In this document: positions 20,386 to 32,100 of the stretch, piece after piece | Layout of the letters: each line of letters opens with the position of its first letter | Position numbering within the stretch: position 1 is the stretch's first letter | From: a virus | Taxonomy: Duplodnaviria; Caudoviricetes | Strand: one strand, 5' to 3' | Virus record (IMG/VR): IMGVR_UViG_3300028603_000017 | Coordinates: 96,001-160,000 of that record | DNA: 64,000 nucleotides | Translations under genes and position numbers: made by a program | The notes under the pieces: model-generated | The model's input: only the letters and a program-made list of their open reading frames with translations | What the model was told of the DNA's origin: nothing | Databases searched by the model: none

Positions 20386-20970
20386 ATGTCTGTCAAAGCC
20401 AAACGCAGAGCTAAGGCTCACGAGATACGCGGAACAAATGCTAGAGCTGTGCTCTCTAAACTGTTTCGCCGAATGTTGGTGTATGTAGCAGGTACCGTAA
20501 ATATCACAGAAGACAATATAGATAAAATCCCAATTGAGACTGCTACGTTCTTGGATCAAATGGTATCCAGTGGACGCTATGAGCAGCTCATGGTTAACTT
20601 TGTAAAAGATCCTAGAAACTGTATTCCTGACAGTAAGAAACTACAATCCAGCGCTAGAGGTAACTTACAAAAAGAGTTACTTAACTCTGGTATGAGCTGG
20701 AAAGTCTTTATCAAAGGAATGAGGTTTTTAGGTTTGGTTGGAATAGATATTCAAATCACAGCACATCACGCTAATGGTAAGAAGTCTATCCATAAGGAAC
20801 ATGTCAACTTAGGAAAACATATTGTACCTACAGGTATAATTACAACACCTACTAATGAGTTAGGCGGTCGCTTTCCTACTCCTCAACCTAGAATTGCTCC
20901 TTCGGATGAATTGAATAAAGATGTCAGCAGAGCCTGGGATATCAGTAACAGAAATAATAAAGATATTTAA
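20386..20970 (+). CDS. Conserved basic hypothetical protein
   Basis: VLSKLFRR and SSARGNLQKELL..MSWKVFIKGMRFL. Confidence 0.55.
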   Translation: MSVKAKRRAKAHEIRGTNARAVLSKLFRRMLVYVAGTVNITEDNIDKIPIETATFLDQMVSSGRYEQLMVNFVKDPRNCIPDSKKLQSSARGNLQKELLNSGMSWKVFIKGMRFLGLVGIDIQITAHHANGKKSIHKEHVNLGKHIVPTGIITTPTNELGGRFPTPQPRIAPSDELNKDVSRAWDISNRNNKDI

Positions 20971-21409
20971 CCACTCTTTGGATAACGAGTTAAAAGTTCG
21001 TTATATCAATGAGCAGGACATTAAGCAAGAGATAGCTTTGCAGATTATAAAGCTATCTAAGATTTTGAGGCTATCAACTCTATTTACGAGAAATGGCTTA
21101 GAGTATATCACGGATTTCTTAGAAAAAGATCCGAAGTTCTTTAACTTCATCATTGATCTTACTGACGTATTTACCTTTAGGATTTGCGACATTAAGGATT
21201 TTGATGTAGAAAATAAATTGATAAAAGCTATCGCTGTATCAGCTTCATACAAATCTGATAAAAGCGATTTTGTGCTTTTTGGTGATAAATATAACAACAA
21301 CTTTTCATCTGTTCCTGATATTGTAGATGTGATTAAACACAATAGGTGGCTTATTTCTATCGCAATGATCAGATTCTTAGATGACCCTGAATCTATTGAG
21401 AAGAAATAA
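20921..21409 (+). CDS. Hypothetical protein
   Basis: 162 aa in a co-directional operon. Confidence 0.5.
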   Translation: MSAEPGISVTEIIKIFNHSLDNELKVRYINEQDIKQEIALQIIKLSKILRLSTLFTRNGLEYITDFLEKDPKFFNFIIDLTDVFTFRICDIKDFDVENKLIKAIAVSASYKSDKSDFVLFGDKYNNNFSSVPDIVDVIKHNRWLISIAMIRFLDDPESIEKK

Positions 21410-21466
21410 TTATTCTCAATTTTCTTTTCTACTCTCAAGCCGTAAATATACTCAAGAGTTAAGACA

Positions 21467-22594
21467 ATGTCAAAGTACAATAGCGATAAAAATTCTGGTA
21501 AGAAGCATCAAAACCGTGAGCAAGGCCAAGGCTATTTTCAACAGCGTCGCCCCTTTAATCCTGCTTTCTCCGATAAGCTAAAAGGATTTAAGCCTAACAA
21601 TCACGTCAACTCGCTACCACGTCTGACAGACTATGATGGAGATGGGATTGATCACATCAATATCTATCATCGTCCTGAGACACCCCTAGGAAGGATTTTA
21701 TCTCCCTTTAACGAATCTCTTCCTTTCATTGATCGGTTCTTCGGTAAGTTTAAGTCTCGCCAAGGTCTGTATAACTATCTGCTCTCAGCCAATGGTGATG
21801 AAGCATTTAGGACCATGAACGCGAACTATATGCGTATTTACGCTGCTGAGCGTGCAAATATGCGTCCTTACTATCCTAACCTGAAATACTTCATGGCTAC
21901 TTCCCTGTGGAAGCAGATCAAGAATCAGGAGGAAATTCTAGAGCTGATCAAAGACAACCAATTACCTTTTGATGCTTACTATACTCACAATTACGTCGAA
22001 GATGGCAAAGTCTCTAAGATTAAGGCTCGACCAAATAGTGTAGGTGTTTGGCTAGTATCTATTGTCAATGTGATCTCGGATGCTGTTAAGAAAGGTGTTG
22101 AGCCTAACTTTGATAGATTCATTGATCGCGCTGAAGAGCTTAAGAAACTAGAAGACAAGATTGTCTCTGACTATGTAGCGCCTGCTGAGCCTGAGCAAAA
22201 ACAAGCACCGAAGGCTAAAAAGCAAAAGTTCAAGAAGGATAAGACAGTGCAAGAGCTGAAAGTTGACGACAAAGTCGCTGAAGCAATCATCAATGTTACG
22301 GACGCTAATGCGCTAACTAATACTGAAGGCTTGGTATCTGGCGTAACGAGTCCTGAAGAAGTAGCTCAGATTGCTAATGAAGCTATTACGGAAACCATTG
22401 TTGAGGATACGCTTAATGCTGTTAATGCTGTAGCACAAACTGACTCTACTGTGGCTGTCGATGAATCTTCTGATAACACTCAAGCTGTTCAAGAACAAGC
22501 TGGAACTGAGGCAACTCAAGCTCCAACTGAACAAAAACCTGATGCTGTTATCGTTGAAGATATTAACAAATCGGTGTTTTTGCCGAATGTATAA
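21467..22594 (+). CDS. Conserved jumbo-phage protein (DGIDHINIY family) with disordered basic N-terminus and acidic C-terminus
   Basis: Core motif DGIDHINIY...TPLGRILS...FGKFKS.QGLYNYL and LPFDAYY; low-complexity flanks. Confidence 0.55.
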   Translation: MSKYNSDKNSGKKHQNREQGQGYFQQRRPFNPAFSDKLKGFKPNNHVNSLPRLTDYDGDGIDHINIYHRPETPLGRILSPFNESLPFIDRFFGKFKSRQGLYNYLLSANGDEAFRTMNANYMRIYAAERANMRPYYPNLKYFMATSLWKQIKNQEEILELIKDNQLPFDAYYTHNYVEDGKVSKIKARPNSVGVWLVSIVNVISDAVKKGVEPNFDRFIDRAEELKKLEDKIVSDYVAPAEPEQKQAPKAKKQKFKKDKTVQELKVDDKVAEAIINVTDANALTNTEGLVSGVTSPEEVAQIANEAITETIVEDTLNAVNAVAQTDSTVAVDESSDNTQAVQEQAGTEATQAPTEQKPDAVIVEDINKSVFLPNV

Positions 22595-22627
22595 TATCCA
22601 AAGTGTCTAATTAAGTGACTCTTTAAT

Positions 22628-22670
22628 CATACTAGGATACTGGGGGTCATCCCCCAGTATCCTAGCTATG
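22628..22670. terminator. CATA...TATG-flanked hairpin
   Basis: CATA-CTAGGATACTGGGGG-TCA-TCCCCCAGTATCCTAG-CTATG followed by a T-run. Confidence 0.7.
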
Positions 22671-22702
22671 TCCATATTTTTTTTTTTGTTTAAGGAAAAG
22701 CA

Positions 22703-23893
22703 ATGAGTGGAAAGCTTATTGAAACTACTTTCCAAACAGGACCAGACGATGATCTAGCTGCTGTTGATGTATATGAAGGCGGCGGTGGTGTAGAAAACAC
22801 CTATGACGATAAGCGAGCTCAAGCTATTGACAATATGGATATTGTTGGTGCTAGTGGCTCTAACAGTACCCAAGAAAGCTTTGCACCAGCTGGTGAAACT
22901 GGTTTTGACAATAGTGCTTTTGCTTCTCCTGAAGCTTTTGCTCGTATGGCAGGGGATACCAGTGCGTTAGTAGGTTATTTAAATAATCTATCTAATGCAG
23001 CTAAAGCATTATTTAATTTACGCCCTAGCCAATCTAGCGTTAGTGTTGGCTCTAATTCAGTAAAGCCTGTTGCTAATATAAAAGATATAAAAGCTGTTGT
23101 TAATATTATTAATAACTTATCCAGTAATAATTTTGATAATAAAGTAATTGATAAAGGCGCTAGCCAACAACTTATTACTAGTGCAGCAGTAACGGCTAGT
23201 AATAATGGTATTCATGGTGCTTATCAAGCACTGGTTAAGAATCCTAATTTAGACAGAACAGTATTAACAGATAGTGCTATTGATGCTATTGAGCAAACTG
23301 TTGCTGTTGGTAATTTAGGGATAGCTTTGGATGTTAGTCAGACAGAATTAATGGCTACCGTCATAGAAAAATCTCCTGCTATTATACAAGCTATTTTATC
23401 AACACCTACTTTAGTTGATATCAGTGAAAAAGATTCTGGTAAAGTATTTGGTACATTTTTAGACTCTTTTAATGCAGCTAATCCTAATTGGAATAAAACA
23501 ACCATCAATAATAATGAAATTACTGATTTAAAAGAATACAGTCTATCTAGGACAATGAGAGATTTGCTGTACAGTCAAGTCCTGAGTTTGCCCTTAACAG
23601 TTTATAAAGGAACCGATAGAACGCCTAACTCATCTATTGATTATGAATTAGATGATTTAACAAACGTTGATATTGTTCAAGCTATATATGGTAGTGATGT
23701 TTCTATAGAAACCATTAGTGAAATGAGTGCGCTGTGGAATAGTCCTGAGCATCAAAATAATATCAATAATCACAAATCCAGTAGCGATATGTATATTGGG
23801 TCTTTATTTAATAAACTAAGTGTGCAAGAAAGTATTGATAAACATTTTAGTTATATCAATGCCAAAACAAATTCGTTGGTATATAGAGCATAG
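22703..23893 (+). CDS. Virion structural protein (tail region)
   Basis: N-terminal TFQTGPDDDLAAVDVY; next to the gp182/gp181-like genes. Confidence 0.5.
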   Translation: MSGKLIETTFQTGPDDDLAAVDVYEGGGGVENTYDDKRAQAIDNMDIVGASGSNSTQESFAPAGETGFDNSAFASPEAFARMAGDTSALVGYLNNLSNAAKALFNLRPSQSSVSVGSNSVKPVANIKDIKAVVNIINNLSSNNFDNKVIDKGASQQLITSAAVTASNNGIHGAYQALVKNPNLDRTVLTDSAIDAIEQTVAVGNLGIALDVSQTELMATVIEKSPAIIQAILSTPTLVDISEKDSGKVFGTFLDSFNAANPNWNKTTINNNEITDLKEYSLSRTMRDLLYSQVLSLPLTVYKGTDRTPNSSIDYELDDLTNVDIVQAIYGSDVSIETISEMSALWNSPEHQNNINNHKSSSDMYIGSLFNKLSVQESIDKHFSYINAKTNSLVYRA

Positions 23894-23896
23894 AGT

Positions 23897-23935
23897 CATA
23901 GCTCCAGGTAGGACTAGTCCTACCTGGAGCGTATG
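23897..23935. terminator. CATA...TATG-flanked hairpin between convergent genes
   Basis: CATA-GCTCCAGGTAGGAC-TA-GTCCTACCTGGAGC-GTATG; nearly identical to 55955-55993. Confidence 0.7.
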
Positions 23936-23938
23936 CTG

Positions 23939-26053
23939 TTAATAAATAGGAATATCTCCAAACAAACCTGATCTTAGGTTTGTAGTACCATCTCTTTGAG
24001 CACCTTTAAATAAAATATCTAGGATACCAACTTGGTCTCTGATAAACTGAGCTACTCTGGCTTTAGAAAGCATTTGTTCCATTTGACGAGTCTTTTGAGC
24101 CGAACGTAATCTAAACTTGGCTGATGTATACATTTGGTCATATAGACCAACAGAGCCTAAAATATTGATATAGTCTTGATAAATACTTTCATCATCAAAT
24201 AAGTCTGTTGGTACAATAGCGCTTCCAATAGCTTCTAAGAAAGTCTTATTAGCAATAGGCATAGCCATAATAGGAGACAGATCAGCTACTGAGAAAGTAA
24301 CATCTATTCTCATAGCATCGCCATGCTTATTAAAGCCTAAATTAGAAGTACCTCTATCAATAGATAAAGAATCTATAATGCCTAAACGAGTTTGCTGCCT
24401 ACCTCTATCGTAAAGCTGTACAATAAAAGGTGATGTATAAGACTGCTTACCCGTCATCATGGGTAAAGCTCCCGCCAACAACATACACAGCGGAATATAA
24501 ATATTGGTCATTTGGGAAATAGGATTCCCATACGGACTCATCAAGTTGATCGTATAATTGGCTTTAGGTAAATTAGCAATAGAATTTTCCCAGTTCTTAG
24601 GAATAATCGTAAAAGCTTTACCAGCCAAAGCCATTAGACCACCAATATTTAAACTATCTAAAGCTCCTTCAACCATACCTTTGACGGCTCCAATTGTGCC
24701 TTGGAGCATGTCACCAACAACATTACCACCAATCATATTACCGCCAGCTGTAGCAAATGATAGTGCTTTATTGGATGCTACAGTACTGTTAAACTTATTA
24801 GCGAGATCATTATCTACAGTGTTGTTGGTAAATGATTCTTGTACTGGACCTGTAGAGTTTACTCTGAATGTAGCAAACGCTGCACCATCGTCGTACTCAC
24901 TGGCTAAATAATCGCCCCAACCACTAGGCTCTGGTGCTTTAGTGCCGTCAGGATTTACTTTTAAACTTCTTTCGAAATCAACAGATTTTTCTTTATCAGT
25001 CCAATTATTGGTAGGAGCAGTTAGCCACTTATTTAAAAGATTAGCTAACGTTCCTCTATCACCAGGATTGGTATTGGCTTTATCTAAACTGAATTTAGCT
25101 ACAAAACCACTGACACTCTGAGTTCCATCACTGATAGTTCCATCAGTAGATGCATCAAACTCTTCGTTGAGTCTTTTGTCTAAAGCATTTTTCATTCTCT
25201 GGCCGCGACCAGATAGTGAGACTACATCAATACCGCCAGTATCAGAAAATATAGTCGGCATCATGAGAGCCATATCGTCCATAGCAGCTTGATCTATCTT
25301 ATAGTTATTTCCCATGAATTGCGAGCTACTGCTTTCTAATTCATCAGGAAACAAACCACGCCTAATAGCTATTTGGTTAACCATATTGTTAACAGCTAAC
25401 CAATATGTTGGCATTGTTGGTTTAAAATAATAAAAGCTACTGGTAGGCTTATTAAAAGCAAAACGTAAAGCATTACCAACAAGACTACCTAATACCAAAG
25501 GCCATGTAACCAGATAGGTTACCATACCTAATAGGCTACCTAAAGATCTAAAAAAACCTTGATCTAACCTACCTGTTCTCGCCATCGTTGCAGCACGATT
25601 GTCAAAGAACCCCGTAAAGAAAGTCAACATAGAGTTAAACTGTGGTACACCAAAACGCATATGGATAACCTGAGCAGTATCGTCTAATGCTTCGCTATAA
25701 TAGTGTCCCATACCCGTTTGGTGGCTATTAGCAGATACACTTAAATCTGTTCTTTGTGCTAGAAACCCTTTAACAGGAAAATCAGCATATTTTGTAAACT
25801 GTGGTCTAGGATTAATCACATAGTGTCCACCAGCGCTGGAGTCTTGAAACTTAAAATGTGCTGATGTAAAAGTTCTATTAATCTTTTCTTCTTCTGTTAC
25901 AGCTCCAGATAAAATCATAAAGGATTGTTTAATCCAATTCGAATCTCTTTCTTTATCTAAGGCTTCAGCTTCAAACTGTCTTTTATTGCTGATGAGTTTT
26001 TGTGCTTTTAATTCTGGAGACTCTTCAGTAGCATGCATGTATGATGTAGTCAT
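23939..26053 (-). CDS. Virion tail/baseplate hub protein (phiKZ gp182-like)
   Basis: INPRPQFT.YAD, GMGHYYSEA.DD, RFGVPQFNS, SPYGNP and SYTSPF; downstream of the gp181-like gene. Confidence 0.65.
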   Translation of the reverse strand: MTTSYMHATEESPELKAQKLISNKRQFEAEALDKERDSNWIKQSFMILSGAVTEEEKINRTFTSAHFKFQDSSAGGHYVINPRPQFTKYADFPVKGFLAQRTDLSVSANSHQTGMGHYYSEALDDTAQVIHMRFGVPQFNSMLTFFTGFFDNRAATMARTGRLDQGFFRSLGSLLGMVTYLVTWPLVLGSLVGNALRFAFNKPTSSFYYFKPTMPTYWLAVNNMVNQIAIRRGLFPDELESSSSQFMGNNYKIDQAAMDDMALMMPTIFSDTGGIDVVSLSGRGQRMKNALDKRLNEEFDASTDGTISDGTQSVSGFVAKFSLDKANTNPGDRGTLANLLNKWLTAPTNNWTDKEKSVDFERSLKVNPDGTKAPEPSGWGDYLASEYDDGAAFATFRVNSTGPVQESFTNNTVDNDLANKFNSTVASNKALSFATAGGNMIGGNVVGDMLQGTIGAVKGMVEGALDSLNIGGLMALAGKAFTIIPKNWENSIANLPKANYTINLMSPYGNPISQMTNIYIPLCMLLAGALPMMTGKQSYTSPFIVQLYDRGRQQTRLGIIDSLSIDRGTSNLGFNKHGDAMRIDVTFSVADLSPIMAMPIANKTFLEAIGSAIVPTDLFDDESIYQDYINILGSVGLYDQMYTSAKFRLRSAQKTRQMEQMLSKARVAQFIRDQVGILDILFKGAQRDGTTNLRSGLFGDIPIY

Positions 26054-26078
26054 ACGGCTCCTTATTTCAGTTGTCCGT

Positions 26079-26123
26079 GATAGTAGCAGACTATAGTGGT
26101 TTAACCACTATAGTCTGCCTATG
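26079..26123. terminator. Intergenic hairpin (GATA...TATG variant)
   Basis: GCAGACTATAGTGGTT-T-AACCACTATAGTCTGC-CTATG. Confidence 0.65.
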
Positions 26124-26131
26124 CTGTTTAT

Positions 26132-29100
26132 TTATGAAACTGCAACAGGTGCTGTAGGCATTCGAGCAGTAGGTCTGCTCGGTGCTCTAGAGTTCTTAGC
26201 AGTATTGAGTGTTTCAGGCTCTGGCTTCTTTGTCGTCTCAGGCTGTGGTGCTTTATTGACTAAATTAACGATATTGGTTTTAATATCCTTAAGTGTCGTT
26301 AAAGTCTCAGTCTGTACGTTCAAGGAAGACTTTAGAGTCTCATGCATAGATGACACAGAATTATTGAGCTGTGTACTAATTGCTATTTGAGAATCTATTT
26401 GTGGTCTACTAGACCTATTGATAGTTTCTCTATTTCTTTTCATAATAGATGCAAATTCATCTGCATCAGGTTTTAAATCGCCTGGTCTATAAGTAGGATT
26501 AACAGCTGTTCCAGGTGTTGGTTTGGTCTTTTCTACAGAGCTAGCATAACCAGGTCCAACATTTGCAGCTTTAGAATCCGTATATGTTTTAACAGCTTCT
26601 CTAGCAGAAGTCGCTGTCTGTACTGTTTTTGGTTTTTCAATAGCTGTAGCTACAGTATCGGCAGGAGTGTTGTTAGCTGCTTCATAATGAGAGTTAAATC
26701 TACCCTTTTGATACTCTACGAAATTAACTGGTGTCATACCAGGCTTCATTCCGTTAAGCTGCATAGCTCTTAGAGTAGCGGGAGATGCTTCACCAGTTTT
26801 AACAGCTTTGATAAAGCCTGGACCGATATTGTGCATCATATATAAGTTTTCACCTGATACTTCCAAACCACTCTTAGTTAGCATATCAGCATTTTTCTTA
26901 GCCAATAATGCAGTCGCTAGGGTATTGATCCTTTTATCATACCTAGGATCTTCTGATGTTCTAAAACGTTTACCTATCTTGGTCATTCCTATTTCTTGAC
27001 CTTCGGGTGTTTTAGCTAAAGCATCCCAAGTACCTTGTGTAAACTGTCCTACACCAATAGCGCCAGTAGGTGACATTTGGTTATCCCAACCAGCTTCCAT
27101 CTTAACGAAGCCTCTGAGGACTTTTTCATCCATACCGTACTTTTGAGCAGCTTCAGTAATATATCCATCAATATCTTCACCAAATCCTTGGAAAGATCCT
27201 TTTGATTTAAACCTATTGCCAGACTGGATACTGGCAGGTTTTGGCTGAGTAACTTGTGGTTTAGGTGTTTGTGCTCTATCCCATTTACCAGTAGTTTCAG
27301 CACTAGAATCTGTTGCAACAGGCGGTGTAGGTTGATTGGCTTGTTGGTTAGCTACTTGTTGTTTGTTAGCTTGACTGGTAGGTTTACCATTATTTTTAGC
27401 TTGAACAACAGCGTCTTCAACAGCTTGCTCAGCTGTTGTTTTGGTAGCTATTTTATCTTCAGGTAGTTTGCTGTCTTTTGCTTTAGATTCTAAGAAAGTA
27501 ATATTGTCATTAACAATCGTAGAATTCATACCTATCGTGTAACCAGTCCAAGGACTTTGGTTAACCACCCAAACACCCATGGTAGTACTGATAGCTTTAG
27601 CAATATCTAGCTTTTGCTGATTAGATAGTCTTGTTTCATCTATAGATGCTTTACCAGCACCTATTGATTGTCTGACCAAACCAACATAGTTTAAGTATAC
27701 AGGCAAGAATCTTTGTTGGAACCAAATACTCCAGTTAGAAGCATTAGGAGAGTTTAAGTCAGTAATACCAAACTCAGATCCTATTAAACTTAATACTTTA
27801 CCAGCATCGGCATTAAAATAAGCTTTATTCTCAGAATCAAAAGTAATATCACCAAGTAAGTCTTTTTCTAGCTTTCTTAGTGTATTAACTTTAGATCTTT
27901 CCATTTCTGTTAGACCATATGTTTTAAATCTAACAGCTTCTAAAGCAGTTACTGTAGGTTTAAATATATTAAGTACGTAATTACTAGCTGATTTAATAAT
28001 CTGTCCGTGTAATGCAGCAAACGGAGTAATTAGTCCTAACGCAAATCTACCTGGAGCTGTCAACACATTTAGTGTCTTTTTAAGTTTATCAGCAAACCAA
28101 CCTATTTGTTTAGGTTGTTCTACAGGCGTTATTGATTTAGCTTTATCTTCATTAGATACTGCTCCAGCTATAGCGCTAGCTGTGCCTGCTGTAACAGCAC
28201 CTTCTGTTACTATTTTTTCAGCATATTTCTTAGCAGGATCTTTAGATTCCTTTTCAGCTTGTTCTTTGGCTTCTTTCAAAGCCAGATCTCCATAGTAGTC
28301 TACTAGCTTATGATCGGCTCGTAATTGAGTTTTCTTAAAAGGTGAGACCAAACTAGAATAATTGACTTTAGCTTCTTTAGCTAAACCAATATAAGTTTCT
28401 TTGTCCTTACCATCGAGTTTATCAACATCACTTAATGGTACCTTTGCATTAATTTTATTCAATGCAGTCAAATGAGCAGAATATACAGGCTTGAACCTAT
28501 TGGAGAACCAATAAGACCATTCTTCTATTTTCTTAACATTATCTCGCTTGGTATCTTCTGGATTGATGTCAAATATCTTAAGTAGTTTAGTGACCAATAC
28601 ATCATCAATATCAAAAGTAACTTGATCTTCTGATGTTTTGGTATATTTAAGCATTTGGTTTTCTAGCTCAACAATCTTAGGTACTTCTTCAGCTTCATCG
28701 ATAGAAAGACCGTATTGAGCCATTCTCATCTTGACCAGATTAGAATATTCTTTCTTAGTAAAGTACTTATAAGCTTTATAAGCACCATAGCCGGCTAGAC
28801 CTACACCTATGGCAGTTAACGTAACGGGTGATGTCAGGACAGCTCCTATACCGCCTAATATAGCAGGTACCGCTGCTCCTAGGGTGGACATTGCTCCACC
28901 CATCATCGGTAGAGCTTTAGCCAATCCCCACATACCTGCTTTACCTAAAGCGCCAATACCTTTTAGACCAAGTCCAGCAGTTTTACCTAAGACAGTGCCA
29001 GCAGTACGTAATACGCCTTTTTTACCAACTGATCTAACCAGGTTTTTTAGTTTACCTAATTTGCCTTTTGGTTTCCTGCGTCTTCTTTTTTTACTAGGCT

Positions 29101-32100
29101 CTCCAGTAGTAACATCGATATCGACACCATCCCCGTCTTCGTCTTCATCGTCGTCACCAAAGCCTAATAAACCCATAATACTGTCTTTAGCACCTTTTAC
29201 TTTACCTAGTAGTCTATCAATAGCGTTTTGTCTACCAGGTTTTACAGTCGTATTTACTCTTTCTTTCTTTTTAGACTCACTGTCTTCATCCTTAGACGAA
29301 AATTGATCTTGCCAACTACCGTCTCTATCACCATCACCATCTCTATCTGAGAAATGAGATTTATCAACAGGTAGTCGCTCGTCTAGTATATTTCTTATTT
29401 GCTCTAGAACTTCAATAGACTTCTTACCGCCAGTACCACCATTTAAAGCATCTAAGACACCTTGGAAGAAATTACCAGCCTGATTAAGGCCTCCAGCCAT
29501 AGCGTCAGTAACAAACTTACCTGCTTTTAAAATAGATCTACCTACCCATTTTACAGCACCTACACCAAAACCAAATAGTTTCATCATAGGTGTTTTAATA
29601 GGTTTTCCATCTACATCTACTAAGCCTTGCTTTAATTGATCTAGAGTCAATACATATTGCTTAGGATTCTTAGCATCCATTATTGGACCATCTATTTCAG
29701 ACGGTTTAAATATTGGTTTGCCTGTTCTCTCAGAGATATATCCGCCTGTTCGCATGATAGATGCTAAGAGAATAGGTTTATCATCTCCCTTGAGGTAGAT
29801 ATCGATAGGTTGGTCTAATAGATCAAGAGCTTTTTTCCTGACCCAATTAACTGCTTTGAATGCTCCAGTCCAACCAGCTATTGTTGCATTATAGGTAAGC
29901 TTACTATAATCAAGTACTTTACCACCTAACCATTTGGTTAGTTTAATAAATGAACCTGATCTAGAATCTTTGGTATAAGCATTAGGCATTTCATCTAAAG
30001 ACAAAATAACTTCACCAGATTCATCTACTATATCGCCTTGGAGTTTTTCTAAATCTCCAAATCTATAAATAGGTTTTTTAGTAACAGAATCAAAATACCT
30101 ACCAGCTCTTAGAGCTGCTGCTTTAAGGCGAGGTTTATTTTCACCTTCTATGTAGATATCTTTAATGAGTACTTTATTGGCTGCCCAGTTTAAAGCTTTA
30201 CCAGCTGTCTTAAATGAAAATCCAGCTGATTTCAAAGACAACTTAGTACCCATCTTAGCAGACCGCAGAGCAGCTTTATTCACAGGCTTTATAAACTTAT
30301 TCCAAGCAAAACTACCTAGTTTACCAAAAGAGCCTTTTAAGTTATTAAAGAAAGTATCTTTAACAAATCCTTGACTTTCTGGATCAAAACCTCCAGGCAT
30401 TCCAGTATTAGGATCTTTGATAAATAGTGCTGGTAGCTTTTCTATTAGATAGTTTTCTATTCTCTCTAGAATCGTATTGGTATTTTGGACTTCTTCTTTA
30501 ACACCAGTATCTACAAGAGTTTTATCTAAAGCTGTTAAAGTTTCAACATTTTGCCTGACAAAACCAGTAAACTCTTTTTGGTTTTCTTTATGTAGCTCTA
30601 AAAAGTCTTTTAGAGAATTAGAGTTATCTGATAGAGTATTTGTAATTCTCTCTACGATTTCTTCTATTCTAGAATCAACAGGCACTGAAGCTGTTTGTGT
30701 AGGTATAATACTAGCTGGTTTGTCAAAGCTTTGGTTTATAGTGTCTTTAGTAGACTGAGGTTTCCTATCACCAATAAAACCACCAGCTGTATAACTTCTT
30801 AAGACATTATCAATATTGACAGCTGTACCTTCTTCATTGAGCAAACCTAGGTTTCTAAGTTCATCATAATAACCAGCATTAACCAGTTTTTGTATTTCAC
30901 TGGCGGGATTATATAAAGATCTACCAATTCTAGAAGTAGATTCATTTAACTTATTTCTTTTTTCTTTGTAATTATCTTTATCGTTCAAGTCACCAAAGTA
31001 TTGTCTAAATACACTTAGAACTTGTTTGATTTGATCATCATCCAAAGCCGCTCTATCAAAGAAAGATTTAGATGTGAGTCTTTCAGGAGATAGTCTTCTT
31101 TTATTGTACTTATCTCTGGTCATGATATCCATGACAGCGTTCTTTTGCTCTTCCGAGAGCTTGCCTTCAGGATCTATTGTTCTAAAGATATCTTGCTTAT
31201 TGTCTTCATGAGACTTAATAGATCCTTGAGGAATGAGTTTATCTATCAAAGATCTTCTCATACCTTCAGCTGACTTGAATTTATTATTATAAGGATCATA
31301 GCTGGTAAGACCAATAGATTCGTCACCCGTTCTAAGTACTTGAATCTCTCTTAAGATTCTAGATAGATAACCAGGAATAATTTCATTGATAGACTTGCTA
31401 TTTCTATTATTCCAAAAAGTTGGTTGTAATCCATTTTCTAAAGCATCCGCTTGAATAGACGCATCGGCTCTTTGGTTACCTATGATATCTTTTCCGATAT
31501 TTTTAAGACCAGCTTTGAGCCAGTTGTCTTCATAATCGTATTTATTAACATATTCAGTTGCCATCTCAGGCAAATTACTTAATACATACTTAGCTTCTTC
31601 AGAAATCTTTCTAACTTTAGGTGATTTTTCTAATTGTTTTCTTATTTTACCACCGAGTTTTCTGCCACCATATTGGATAGCTTCTTCTGTACCCATGGTG
31701 GCTAAGATTTCTCTCCAGCCAGGACCGCCTTCCATATCTCCAGCTGAGCTACCCATTTCTGCACCCATAGCGGCAGCTGATGTAGCTTCTTTGAAGATAT
31801 CGGTATATTCTCTTATTTTAACGCCTAGGTTTTTAAAAGCTTTATTTAAAAAAGAATGCGTAGTACCAAACAAAGACTCCATAGCCTTTGTTTTGATCAT
31901 ATCCTTAAATCTTTCTGAATCCTTTATTTTAACGTATTCAGGTAAAGCTGTGTTCTTTGTTATCTTTTGGAAGTAAGTATCTGATAGAGCTGAGAGTTTC
32001 TTATTTTCTTCTAATAGATCTAATTGAGCAAAATAAGAGCGATACTGTAATTCTAAAGATTTCTTTTGATAAGCTTGCGTTATCTTTTCTTGATAACTCA

